DNA of 41,327 nucleotides from Intoshia linei (taxonomy: Eukaryota > Animalia > Orthonectida), in NCBI GenBank assembly GCA_001642005.1, contig LWCA01000195.1, positions 1-41,327 on the forward strand, read 5' to 3'. Made by a program: the position numbers and the translations under genes. Below, piece by piece: positions 25,001 through 40,000 of this stretch (within the stretch, counting starts at the first letter, position 1; each line of letters starts with the position of its first letter). The notes below the pieces were generated by a model. It saw only the letters and a list, made by a program, of their open reading frames with translations, had not been told where the DNA came from and ran no database searches.

Positions 25001-28000
25001 AAAAGGGGGCGGTAGGCCAAATTAGTTTATGAACCCCTGATGTAGAGTTTACTTTAAAACATACACCACTAACTCTCAGTATCATATATTACAGAGGTTA
25101 CCAAAGTTTTTTCACCTAAGACCGGTAATTTCACGTGTAATATTGTACGGACTCCGTAAAACAATTTTTAAGAAATGATACCAGAATATTATCAATATTT
25201 TATTTTTTTCCAGTTCAATATTAACTTTTGTAAATTTTTCATAATGACCAATGAAGGCATAGCCAAACCTGCCGTTCTCCGAGACATCTCTTTGTTGACT
25301 TGATAAAATTTTAATTAAACGAGCCCCATATTTTTCAAAGATGAGCATTTAAAAATATATATTCTTGAATATCATAACTATTTTGTGTGTGCTAAATTTA
25401 AAATGTCAAGTTAACATCTTTTGGAAGGTGACTAGGTCTATGTAACACTACTCATTGGTTGGAAACTTTTTTAGGCCTTTTTTCATTATCGAAGGTTTTC
25501 AAGCAGGATAGGTTCGGATATGGGGGTTATCCGATATATACATTATATATGCATATTGAAACAGCTATTATTTGTCAATATGGCATATCGTCATTAATTT
25601 ACATTGTGAACCAGTTTTGTTTTACCGCTAATTGTGCAGTGCTGGGGATCACTTATTAAAACTACTGTGTTTATTTATTAATCACGAAATGAATAATTTA
25701 ATAAAATTTAGTCATCCATGATAGCAAACGTAAATATAAAATATGAAGATGTTTATCAACTTTTGATCCGATACGTAAATTACAATTATGAAAAAGTGGA
25801 ATTAGACGTAGAATTTTTGTCTCCAGGAATAGAATCACAAAATTTAAAAACAATATTAAAATATACAAACATTCCAAAATTTCATTATTTGGGTAACCGT
25901 GGGGTAACAGTATCAGTTTTATTAAAGACTACTGTAAAAAAGATAATATTTAGCGTAAACAGTAAATTATACATTGATTATTTTGTTTTATTACCTGCCA
26001 CTTATACTGAAGCATCAAATTTGAAGAAAACTGTACATCATTCTTGCAACATGAATAAAAAAAACGAAATGTGCATAAAATTTGAAAATATTAAAATGAA
26101 AAATTCAATTCAATTGGCAACAATAATGGATAAAAAACTAAAAGTTTCTTTGACTGTTGAAGAACATTTGCGTGATTTAATTAAATTGGATAAAGGAATC
26201 ACAAAAGTCAAGCTTTATTGGGAAAACGAAACTACTCATGGATATTTTGAAAAGTTTATTACAGTGTTGGAATATTTTCAGTACAAAGGAAACGTAAAGA
26301 ATGAAATTATTTACAAGACAGGGCTTGATTTTGTTAGATATCGACAAATTTTATCCGATTGTTTTTATACGTAAAATTTTTTTTATTTCATGTCAAATTT
26401 ATTTAGGCATTTTTGTAGACATGTCATCATGGACAATGATGGTCAAGTATTGAAAAATGAATATAAATCACATGCTCTTTTGGAGTTTAATCTATTTGAA
26501 TCTGACTCTTTAATTTTGGTTTTTAAATGTGTAAATTTTATTATTTATTATTCTAGCATGCAATATATTATATACCAGAAAGTGAATGGGATGACAATTA
26601 TCTTGTACCCCAATTTAAATGTCTTTCTGAGAAAAATGAGTAATTATAAATTTATTTACATTAATTATTATTTATTAATTGTTATTTTTTATTATAAACA
26701 ATCAATATAGTAAGTCATTAATTCATTTCTACAATTATAATATTATTAAATATTGTACACTATTATTGGTGTTATTATTTCTACACTATTATTTTTTTAT
26801 CATAGATTGTGATTACAATCTTTGTTTATTTAAATATCAAACTTTGATTAAAGAATAATTAAAAGTATAATTTTTAGTTTTTGTATTATAATTATAATTG
26901 TGATAGTTATGTATAGAAAATTTTTTTTTAAGCACTCATAGGTATATTACTCCTTTAACGTATGTTATATTTTCAGTATAGATGTGAAATGTTCAAATTT
27001 TATTAATTACAAAATAAACCAATACACAAAGTCTTTTTAAATCACAGATTTTTTATTTGTTCTATTTTTAAAAGGATCTCTACTTAAATCCAATCATTTT
27101 TACTAAAATCCAACAATTTTTACTAAAAATCCACTTATACTAACCCTTAAGGGAAAAATCAAGTTTTACCACTTCTTAAAGGAAAAATTAAATCTATTAA
27201 AACTAAATTTTAGAGTTGGTACGACCAAATTTTTTCCTTACGGGTTGATAAAACTGGATTTTTTTTTATAGAGTTGGTAAAACTGATTTTTTCATTTTAG
27301 TGTTGTTAAGACTAAATTTTTTATCTTAAGAGTTGGTAAAACTCGATTTTTCCCTTAAAGCTTTGTAAAATTGGAATTTTTACTTATGAGTTTGTGAAAT
27401 TGAATTTTTCCTATTAGGGTAGGTAAAAGTGGATTTTTCCTTTTAAGGTTGGTAAAACTGATATTTTCATTTTGCGGTTGGTAAGACTGAATTTTTCTCT
27501 TAAAGCTTGGTAAAATTGGAATTTTCACGTAAGGGTTTTTGAATATGATTTTTTCATTTTAAGGTTTGTAAGACTATATTTTTCCCTTAAGGGTTGGTAA
27601 AACTCGATTTTTCATTTTAGAGTAGGTAAAAGTGGGTTTTTATTAAAAATGATTGTATTTAAGTAAAAATTATTGGATTTAGGAATATTCTATTTTATAA
27701 GCATAAATGAATAATTAAATAGTTCAAATCTTCTAAATCTAGAGAAAAAAAATCAATAACACAAAAATCGAGAGATAAATCCGAAATTAGTTATGGATTC
27801 ACTTGATTTGGATTTTATTCGGTAGTGTAAACCTAATCAAAGCATTATTTAACTATTTCTATATTAGTTGACTATAAAAAGATTTTAACCTGTTTTAAAA
27901 TTTAATTGATGACATGGATGCAGTCTCAGTAAATTGTTGGAATAAATTGAATATTTTGGTGGTTAATCATATATTATTCAGTCATTACGTTATTAATTCA

Positions 28001-31000
28001 TTAAGTTACGATTTAACAATGTTTAGGGTACACGTTATCTTGTGACTCATGTTTAGAAACCCTTGAATAAAAAAATATCATTGTGTATTTTTGACTTTTT
28101 CTAAGATGAGAAAATGAATAATTGTGAAACTACTTTTGTAGCATTCGTTACCTGTTTAAAAAAATAGCGATTAAACGGCTCATCCGTTAATACGGTTAAT
28201 TCAGTTTAACAAAACTAGTCTAATTTAGTTACTTCAAAAAAGTATGAACCGATCCAGTGTATTTCATTAATAATTTTTCATAGATGTCAATCATTGCCAT
28301 ATTCTTATTTGGGGACAAACCTATTCGACATTAAATCAAGCAATGGCACCACGGTACTTTTAACATAAATGTACATTAAATTGCATATTTTTAAATTTAG
28401 CAATATCCAGTTAAATTTTATAAAGATAAATTAATGAAAGGGACATATAGTCTACAATTATATTACAATCAATCAAGATCACTATATAACACTTTGTTTG
28501 TGAAATTGATTTATGAAAACGAGACAAAAAAATGTAATTTCTTTTCAAATTTCAGGTCGTTTGATAATTTGTACATAAAATATTGTATTTTACAAAACTA
28601 ACACCATGTAGATAATCCACCTTTACCTAATCACAAGCATATAGAAAAAAATGTTAAATGGGAACCCTTTAGAGGAAAATTTACGCTTAGGGTTTAGGGT
28701 TGGGTTATAATGGTTGTTACCCTTTAGACAGCGGTTAATTTAATCATGTCAAGTTGGTCAGTGTGGTTTTCAAGTTATTTTAAAATAAATATATTTTTTT
28801 AAATATTTTTTTATTTTCAAATGTTTCATATTTTCTATAATAATATTTTCTACGGCTTCAATTTTTGAGCAGTTTGTAATACTAATATTATATATACATG
28901 TTATATAATATATTATGTACATTTAAGAAACTATATATGTATAATATAAATTGTATATATGAACTTTAATAAAAATAGTTGAAATTAAAATGAAAATATG
29001 TAAAAATATTCAAGGATGTATGCGAAATATTGAATGGAAAAATATAAAATCAGAAACAAGTTTATCTGGTGAATTTTCAGCTGACGGAGAAAGTGATTTA
29101 AAAATTACTTCAATTTATTTAACAAACGAATCTGATAATCCAACTTTAAATCCTACTCCAATTACATCTACTATTCAAAATGATATTAATTCCTTAAATT
29201 CCATTCAAATTTCAAAATTGTTTTTGGAAAAATGTATTGATAAATATTATGACGTCATGTAAATAACTATTACTACATTATTATTATTATATACTATAAA
29301 ACAGGCGTCGGCACAAGTGACCTGTGGGTCAAAAGTGGGCCACAGCATAATATTGGCGGCCATTTGAGTAAATATGTAAATTATTTATTTTTAAATTTTT
29401 CAACTTTATAATACAGTTTTAAACATTTTTTAATGGAAATATATAATTGGCTCATTATAATAATTTTATTACTGAATTTTCAGATCGTCCCGGATTTTAT
29501 TTTATTATATACTATGAACAGTTATCTTCAGTTAAATTGAAATCTATAATGAGTAAAATTTCAAAAACGGGCCATATAATTTTTTGATGTAAAAAATAGT
29601 CCACGAGATGCAAAAGGTGGCCGACCCCTGCTCCAAAAGTAAATTATTATTATTTTAATCAAGGTCGGCAATTGAGACATTTAAAAAAGTATAAATACTT
29701 AAATATACTTTTTTGCATATTAAAACATGATAAAAACCTGCTTATTCGACCTCCGTTGAGAATTGGGCTATTACTCGTGTATTGAAAAATATCCTTACGA
29801 TTTTTTTTGTGATATTCATTATTTTTTTTAATACCCCACTAAACCTATTCAAAGGGCCTATGGTCTAGGGCTGTGGAGAGGAGGATAAGGGCCATCTGAC
29901 CCAGGCATACAATCATAAGGAGCTTAATTTTTTAATTAATGAATAATTTTTAATTTTTAATGTTGGGTAATTTCTTAAGTATACGAAAATTATCCTATAA
30001 TAAAATGTATTATTAGAAGTTCAATTAGTTATTTTTTATTTTTAGATAAGGAACCATCAATTCAGTGATTTATCGAATCTATACTATAGATGTCCCATTT
30101 TTTCGAAAAATTTTTATACGGCCCTACAATTTCTATCTGGCTCGGACCTACTTCTGACTCTCCACTGTCTTGTATTTGGTTGCTTATTTCTGATTTAAAT
30201 TACGAAACATAAATAATTTAAAATTAGAAGTAAAAGTTTGTTTTGCAAAAATGCCATTTTTTCAATTACAATGGAATTTAATCATGGAGCTTTACCGTGT
30301 GATTGTAATCCCGATGGCAGTATAGACAAAAATTGCGATAAATATGGTGGAAAATGCAAATGTCTCAATGCAGTTATAGGTAGAAAATGCGACACGTGCA
30401 AATCTGGATATTTTGGTTTTCCTCTTTGTAAAGGTACATTTAAATGTATTTAAATGTATTAGAATGCACAGTATGGTCCAACTTCTACCCGTATTTTAAA
30501 ATATCCGAATGTGTTCAACGAAGACCTTAACTTAAAGTTTGCAATTGCATTTGTTTCAATAAACATAATGATTGAGTCAACACATAATACGAATTGATAT
30601 GTGATAATTTTTTTTTAACCATATAATTACATTTTTTATAAAATTACATTTAATACAAAATAGATTTTATTAACCACTGTTTTATTATATTGTTATTGGT
30701 AGGACAATGAAATTTTATTTCTTTTAATTAGCGAATTCAAATAGTATACATATACAATAGTAATTAAAATTGGTGATTTTTGTTAAAATTTGGGAAAACC
30801 CTGAACTATGAAAAATGTTTAAAAATTAAAAATATATATTCAGAATGTGTATGTAATAGTGGAGTATGTGATTCAATAACTGGTCAATGTATTTGTCCAC
30901 CTATGGTTATAGGTAAAAATTGCGATAAATGTCAAGATGAAACGTTTGGATTCGATAAAATTATTGGATGTGAAGTAATTATTTTCAAAAAATAAGTATA

Positions 31001-34000
31001 TCGAAAATTACTATTTAGAAATGTGATTGTAATATGAGAGGTGTATTGCGTGAAGATAATGTGTGTGATAGTCATAATGGACAATGCATGTATTTTATAT
31101 AATTTTAAATATTATGGTTGAGTTGATAATTCGAGTTTTATAAAGTAGTAATAAACTGAAACGTTTTGATTAGATTAGATTTTAGATTAGGGGTTCTTAA
31201 ACTCAGTTGGTCTACCGCCTTATTTTAATCAATGAATTTTTTTCAACGTCCCCTCGAACTAAATCTCAGTGGATTCCAAACTTTCTATAAAAATTTCTCC
31301 TTAAAACCAACAAATGCATCAAGGCTGTCTCAATACTATATTATTATATACTAAATATTATATTACAGACTATATATCATATTTTATAAAATCGCCCCCA
31401 ATCGCCCACTTTGGGAACTTTTGCTTTAGATATTTGCTAAACTGGATGTATTGCCTTCATTTAAATTGATAATTTAGTTGCAAAGATTACATAAATGGAC
31501 GAACCTGTGACAAATGTGTTTATGGATATTATTCATTTCCTTCGTGTTATAAATGTGACTGCGATATAAATGGATCAAAAAAATATGTATGTGATCAAAA
31601 TACTGGCGACTGTTATTGCAAGGTATTTTTTAGATAAATGCATCATTTTAAAAATAATTAATTTATTAATTTAGAGGAATGTACAAGGAGATGGCTGTGA
31701 CACTTGCATTCGTGGTTCTTTCTATCTAGATTCAAAAAACAAGTATGGTTGTACGTCATGCTTTTGTTTTGGTATAACAAATGTTTGCGATTCATCCTAT
31801 TTAGTTTGGAATATGGTATACTTGATTATATATTAAAAAATTTATAAAAAATTTACTATTCCGACTAGATTTCTGACATTAGCAAATGGGTTATTGTGCA
31901 AAATTCGATTTACAATGATTCCATCATATTGGATCATATTAGAGAACCAAATTATATTGGTTATTATTTGAAAAATAAAAAATTTGAAGCACCTCTCTAC
32001 TGGCAAGCTCCAAAAGAATATTTACGTAATAAGGTCAATATGATTATATTTATTTTATCAAATTTTAACCAATGTTAAAAATAAGCCCAATTTAGCATTT
32101 TAAATTTTTCATAATTATTTAATCAAAGTATCTAAAACAGTGATTCTTAACCTGGGCGATAGCGCCCCCTTGGGAAGTTTTTATAATCGAATGGGGCAAA
32201 AATATTTTTATCGCATTAGTTGGGATTCCAATATAACATTAGATTATAACCGTTCAATCAGCCAAGCTAGCACATTATATAACTAATAAATAAGTATATA
32301 TAACCACTGGTTATAGTCACATGATTATTTTGTAGAAAGGGTTTGTATTCATCTTTGGAATCTTTTTATTTATGTGAACTCGTTAGAATTAAACATTGCA
32401 TGCAATTATAATTAACAATTTAATTAGTATTAAGATACAGATTTTTCGCAAAATAAATTAATTAACATATATGTAAACGAATATATTATCGTTCGAATAC
32501 ATGAATATTAAAAAAAGATGCCGTAAATTATTCTATTGATTAATTGAAATATGGAGTTATTCCTTTACCAAATAATATACAACTTCCAATGTGTTTAATA
32601 TGCGAAAAAGTATTATTATGCTTTACAAATATCTCTCCTGATATTGAAACATTATCAAATAGTCATCAATATCAGGGTAGCCATTAATAATAAATTTTAT
32701 CTATTCTTTGTAAATCTTAAACATTTATAATGTCATGATTCCATTTAATATGTCTAATTTCAAATTTGTAACATTTATTCAATATAATATATTATTTTCA
32801 TGATCTATCAAATTAAAAAAATAATTTTAAATTTTATTTTCATATTTCTTAAGATATCAAAAAAACAATTATTAATTGCTTTTTTTAATGTATTATGTAT
32901 CAACTCTACTGTTAAAATAATTTGCTGCATAAAATGCACTGCACATTTATAAACTTTGTAAATTAAAAAAATATTGATTGTCTTTATGGGGCGATAATTT
33001 TATTTTTGTTAAAAAATGGGCGATTCTTTAAAAAAGGTTAAGAACCACTGGTCTAAAATTACAATAATTCATATTAACATTTAAATGTCCTCTAAAATTG
33101 ATATTTTAACGGTTACATTTAATTTAATATCTTGCATTATTGGGAAATATTTTAAAAAATTATTAATATATGTTACATATATTATTATATTATATTAATA
33201 TCGTTTTAATAATATTTAATATTATATTTGTAAATAATAGTCATGTAAATGTTAAAATATTTAATCGTTTTATGAAAATTTAGATACGTTCTTATGGTGG
33301 CATATTAAGTTATTCTATCTGGTTTTCTAATGCAGAAAATTATGAATTTAATGAAGCTTATATCCTCACAGACATTCGTTTATCCGTAATCATTAAAATA
33401 TTTGATAATAAAAAATATATATAATAATACAATATATATAAAACATCAAATATTTTAAAATGTATAAAATCCATGCATAAATTTGCTTAATAATATAATT
33501 ATATTGATAATATAATTATATTATTAATACTATATATAAATATATTTATACAGGGTTGATCATATTATAATAATTTTTTATATATTAATTTTATGGCTAT
33601 ATATTTTTTAATAATTAAACCACAATTTTAATTTTAAGATACAAAAAACTGTTTAATTATACTACATCAAATAAAAAAGTTAAACATATTTATAATTGAA
33701 AAATGATGATTAAATCACCGTTTAAATAATATATGTAAAAAATTGCGTATTAAAGAAATTATTATTAAAAAAATGTACACCATAGTATAAAAAATTAAAA
33801 TTCTATTACGTAGAAATGTACGAGCTGAAAAGTTAAGTTTAAATATCACTTATAATATCATTATAATATAGTATATATTATAACAAGTTAAATAGTAATT
33901 TTCTTCATACAACTAAAAATGAATCAATTAGTAACTTTTTTCACGGCGGACCGGTAATAAATGATAAAATTTACCGGGGACCATTAAATAGAAATTACTA

Positions 34001-37000
34001 GGCAACATTAAAAACATTTTAATTGAAAACATAATAAATTGACTTGTAATTAGTAAAATTTTTTTCCAAATTATTTCGCAGACTGGCATTTGGAAACGCT
34101 GGTTTGTATTTTAATATTTATAATTAGAGTCTAATGATGAGATCTAAGTAGTTTCAACAATTTTAACGGTTATGCCAAAGGTGTTACTAGAACGTGCTGG
34201 TATTAGTACGAGCAAAATTAAAAAATTAGTTTATTTTTATAAAATACATTATTGACGAGTTACCACATGTTGGGATTTTATTACAAAACCTAAATTATAA
34301 TTTTAAAAATCCCAATTTTATCCACGATTAATAATAATAGTAACAATATTTATTAAAACATACCATTTCAAGTCCTTTATGTAAAAATCCCCTTCTTACG
34401 ATTATACAAAAAAATCTAATTTTACCAATTCTTAAACCTTAAGTTAATGTAAAATCTCAATTTCTTAAAATGTAAAATTTTTTGGAAAACTTTTTGAAAA
34501 CTATTTTACCAACTCTTACAAGAAAAAACTCTAATCCAACAAGAAAATAAAAAACCAAAATTTTAGTAACCCTGAATAAAAAATTTGTTTTCCCCAGGAC
34601 TTTGTTATAAACATTAAAAATTTGTGAGATTTGTGAGAAATAAGCGTCATTGTATTCAGTTTACATATTACAAATTAGTCATTTATATACCGCTGTGTAT
34701 TTAAAAAAACTTGCTGGTACTAGCAAATCGACCACCCTTGGTTATAGATGAAATTTATTATGGATCATAATTATGTTGATTTGTGTAAACCTTATTTTTC
34801 AATATAGTAGGACATAATGTCTAAGATGTGATTAAATTAATATAAAATAAATGTAATTTTAGAATAACGAATCTACAATTGCATGTACAATAAATGAACA
34901 ACCAATTCCAAATGAAACATTAAATATTCAAATATATTTAATAGAGGTTTTATAATTTGTAAATTTTTTAAATTTTTTAATATAGAGAAATTTTGTACAT
35001 GAAAAAGATGGATCTAATGTTTATAGATCAGAATTTATGAAAATTATTCGAAATTTAATTAAATTTGAAATTAGAGCATCATACTTCACATCTGTGTCAG
35101 AAATAAGGTAATAAACTACATTATTTAAAATTAAGCAACCTATAATTTAATTTCTAATACATTTTTTCGAGAGTGACGTTTTATCGCAAACGTCATTGTT
35201 ATAAATTGAAACCCTTAAGGTCAAAAACCTAAATTATCCTTTATTTTTTGAAATAAAAAGAGTCTAGAATTTAAAAAAACATACAATACAATAAAAACAC
35301 AAATTAAACTCTGGGACAGTTTTTAACTTGCAAGATTTGATAGTTATTATAAATATTTTTTTATAAAAACCTAATGTTCATCTCAGATAATAATCAAGGT
35401 ATGAGGATAATGACCCTGGCATACATAAATACCAAAAATTGTATATATTTTTTGAAATTTAGATTGTATGATGTATCATTACAATATGCAGTAGAGAAAA
35501 CCTCGAGTGATGAGAACTATGAAAGAGCAAAAAGTGTAGAACAGTGTACATGTCCAAATACTTTTAGTGGGACGTCCTGTGAAGTAAACATATATTTTTT
35601 ATCATTTATCAAATTATGTAATAATTATAAATGTACAGGATGTATTTTAATGATTATTTGGGTGATACTTTATAATTTATAAAATGTTCCAAATATTAAT
35701 TCATTTTTTATTTCACATTTTTATACCCAATTCGTAAATTACTAATTACTATTTACATATTTCTGAGTTTTTTATATATATATTAATAATTATGGTTTAT
35801 CAAATAAATTTAATTTCAACAATATGTATGCATAAATACTATAAATTTGACACAAGTAAATATGCGTATAAGTCGAACTGAGCCTTTAAAAATAATTTTA
35901 AAAATTAGATCCTAAATTTTATAATTATTCAGAATTTAAAAAATTATACAAAAGCATATTTACAGGAATACATAACTTTGTGGAACACGCTACTTATTAG
36001 AAGAAATAAATAACAAATTAAGCAAATATTTTTTACGTTTATAAAATTTTAATAATTTTATACTTGTCTATTTAACTAAAAATTATAAAAAAAATTATAT
36101 AATTTTAGAGCTGTTCATTAGGATATTATCAAGATTATATTAACGGTGAACATGTTTGTAAAGAATGTGATTGTAATGGTCAAGCTGATACATGCAATTC
36201 TAAAAATGGACAGTGTTATATATTAAACTCAGAAAATAATTTAATCAAGGTAATTTCATCGGCGAACATTCATTTGAGCGACACGTTAGAGCAGTGGTAT
36301 TCAACGTGCAACCGTGGCAAATACATCTGATCATAATGCAATGTATCATTTTACTTCAAATTGAAAAGTTAAAATGAGATTTTATTCAAGGTCTATTTAA
36401 AATATTTTAATCAAAAAGTTACATTCTTGACTTTGCCCCAGTTTCTCAAATGTTAGCGAAGGGCACACAAAATCAAGGCAGTCACTGATATCTTTTTTTA
36501 TGTCTTCCACTCTAATGTATCAACAAATCGGTTTTTAATGGAACTTTTTTCTGTTGTCCAATTATTATTAATTATTTACCGAAAAATTAATGATTAATGT
36601 TTTTTCAAAAAAGTATTAGTAAAAGGAGATTTTTCAAATTTTTTTAAAATTAGGTTTTTTCTTATTGAATCAGTCAAAAAAATTTTTGATCTAAAAATTT
36701 GGTTAAATGGGATTTTTCATAAAAATATTAGTAAGCGATTTTTTTCCTTAAGGGTTGGTAAAATTTGGTTTTTCTTTTAGAATCAGATAGGGTAGTTTCT
36801 ATTCTAAAACTTTGGTAAAAATAGATTTTTAAAAAAAATATTGGTAAAAAGGGATTTCTTCCTTAAGGGTTGGTAAAATTTTGGTTTTTTCTCATAATAT
36901 TATATTAAATTGGACGATTTAATGAAATATGTTAAAAATTGTAGATTAGCCTACAATCATTTAAATTTTCGTATTCACCTCTCGGGGTGACTGGTCACCA

Positions 37001-40000
37001 CATGAGTACTGCATTAATCCTACTATTGATATTTATTCCGTTTCAGATAAATGACAAATGTGGTGTTAATTTATATGAGTCAATTAAGGATTTTGTGCTT
37101 AATTTAGGTCCACAGTAAACTTTCTCAATGTCGAAGTAAATTTTGTGCGGCCATAGTATCAATGAGAAAAATAGCATTGTGGCTAAATTGGTGAAAAGGT
37201 TGTGTATATTTGCGTTAAAGCGATACATCTTAGAGTAACATAATCATCGATTTTGTTAATTAATCATAATATTTAATTTTTGATAATATTTTTGTGGTTT
37301 CTTCAAGGTTTTTTTAATGACAATGACCAAAATTTTATCACCAAAATCTTTAAAACATGGTAGAAAATAATATTCCCTTCAAAAACCTACATTATTTTGG
37401 TCCAAAAAATATCTTCGAAATCCTTAAAACTTGAATGAAAAAAACTTCCCTTAAAAAACCAACTTTAAATCTAAATTTATCATCAAATAAGCAAATAAGC
37501 AAATAATTAAAGTAAAACAAAATTTTTTTATGATGTTAATATATATGAAAATTATTGTCTGCTTTGGCCCCCTTGGGTTATATCCCAGTTTATTACAAAA
37601 TTAAATAAATTGAAATGTGTACAATGTAGGGCTGTAGAAACAATTATATTGGAAAAAATTGTAACAAATGCCCAGAAGGTTATTATGAAAATACTAATCG
37701 TAGAAGATGTGACCCATGCCTGTGTCCAGACGAAGAAAGAGTGTAATACATTATTTATTAATACTGATCATAAAATATATTAAATTTTAGATTTGCAACA
37801 ACGTGTATACCTGATGAGTACTTTGTAACTCACACATGTGTGTGTAAAGAAGGGTATATAGGAAAATATTGTGACCAGTAATATTTATACGATAATTTAT
37901 AGCATTTATACCAATTATATTGCCACATGATATGATACGTACAATGTAATCCTTTAGGCTATTAATGTTGGGGTTACCAAAAATTTTCTGGATCTTTGTT
38001 AACCAATTTTACTATAAAAATATGTAATAGTAGCATTCGGCGTAAATTTATACGTTTGAATGTAATTATAAATTAGGTGTGATATTGGATACGCGGGTAT
38101 TACACAATTATCTGGTGGACAATGTAAGAAATGTGAATGTAACGATAATATTGACATGTCGGACCCTCACTCATGCGATAGATTTACTGGAAAATGTTTA
38201 AAATGTATTAATAATACAACAGGAAATAAATGCGAAAATTGTTTAATCAATTTTTATGGAAATGCAATTAACCACCAATGTCGAAGTACATACTTTTATT
38301 ACAATTTAATAAATACAATTTAGAATGCGAATGCGATAAATATGGAACCAAGACATGTAAAAGTGATTCAGGAAAATGTATATGCAAGGAAAATGTTATC
38401 GGAATAACATGTGACAAATGCAAGGTGAATTGAACAAAAAATCATTTAATTTTCTTTTTTACAAACAAATATTTTTATTTCAAAAATTTTATAGTTAAAT
38501 TATTATGGTATAAATTCTGGGAATGGTTGCTTACCATGCAATTGCAAAATTTTTAAAAATTTCAAATTAATTTCAAATGAAAATTCAACTCATCCTATAG
38601 AAAGTGCTCCAGAATGCGATATAGAATCTGGTAAATGTAATTGTCCTTATGGAGTTGGAGGTCGAGATTGCAGTGAATGCTTACAAAATTATTGGAATTA
38701 TAAACCTTCAGGGTGTTCCGGTAACTCAATCAATTATTTTATATTTTAAAAAACGGCGTAAAAAAAATCAATTAAATAATTATAAATTAGAATGTAAATG
38801 CGATAGTAAAGGGTCGATATCATGCAGCAGTGAAACGGGAGTATGTGAATGTGCTCAAGGGTATGTTGGCACAGATTGCGAAAATTGTGAAAAAAGATTT
38901 ATAAATCAGAATAATACATGCAAAGGTATTTAAATTTTTTAAAATTAATATTAATTATATACTATTTTATTGAATAGCTTGTGATAATTGTGTTCACCAA
39001 TTAATTGATGAATTTGAAATTTTAAAGAAACGTAATGATGAATTTAACAAAATAATGGTTAATCTCACATCGTCTGGTGTCATTTCAAATATTTTCAATT
39101 ATATTCAAAATAAAATTGATGGTTTTAAGGTATTCTTTTTATAAATTTTGATCAATTTTTATTTAGAAATATTTCCATAATATTAATTCAAATGCTACAA
39201 ATTCTTTAGAATTTAGTTATTATGAAAATACTATGGAAAATTTTCATTCGACAAACCAAAATGTAAAATATAACTCATATATCATTTGTGGTATGATTCC
39301 GTTTAGGCGCTATTTTTATAAAATGGCACAAAAAAATCGTTTTAATTAAAACCACTTTGTGTTATCTAATTTAATATTATAAGCATCGAATCATATATAA
39401 ATTTAGTGGGTGACCCAGACCAGAACCTACATTAGACGAACAGAGCATCAAAAATAGACCATACCCACCTCGTCAATGTCGGGGCATGACAGTTTAAATT
39501 TGACATATAAAATAGTTATACTTATAATTTATAAATTGACATACAAAATAATTTTTTTAATTTTGTATTTGGAAAAATTCGGAACCATTTTACAAAAATT
39601 TCGTTGAGGTCACTAAGAGGGCTTGGTACGGTCGGTTATGTTTGTGAATTGGGTGAAACCGAAATTTTATATTATTAATTTTGAATTTTTCATCGACATT
39701 TTTGCCTTAATCATTCGGAATGAGCGTTAAAAATTTTTTCTGTGTCGATGGTAATGTAAATATTCTTTAGGTCGTTTCACAAAAAATCATGAGTCATGAC
39801 AACTCCTTACTTATTGTATATAAAGGGTTTTCAAACATTTATAGTCATTTTTCAATTAATAATATTTGTAATATTTTTATTGAAAATATACAGAATCTCA
39901 AAATTTAAAAATTAAACCACTCAACACGTGATTATACTTTATAATCATTTTTATTATTTTACTTTATTTAGTTCAATACACTTAAAAAATTAATAAATAT

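Noticed and set aside
27205-27640. ~29-bp repeats resembling a CRISPR array
   Set aside because: Units are head-to-tail and degenerate with no unique spacers, inside a eukaryotic intron.
28686-28706. TTAGGG-like repeats
   Set aside because: Only 2-3 imperfect units; such motifs are common in DNA-transposon subterminal regions.
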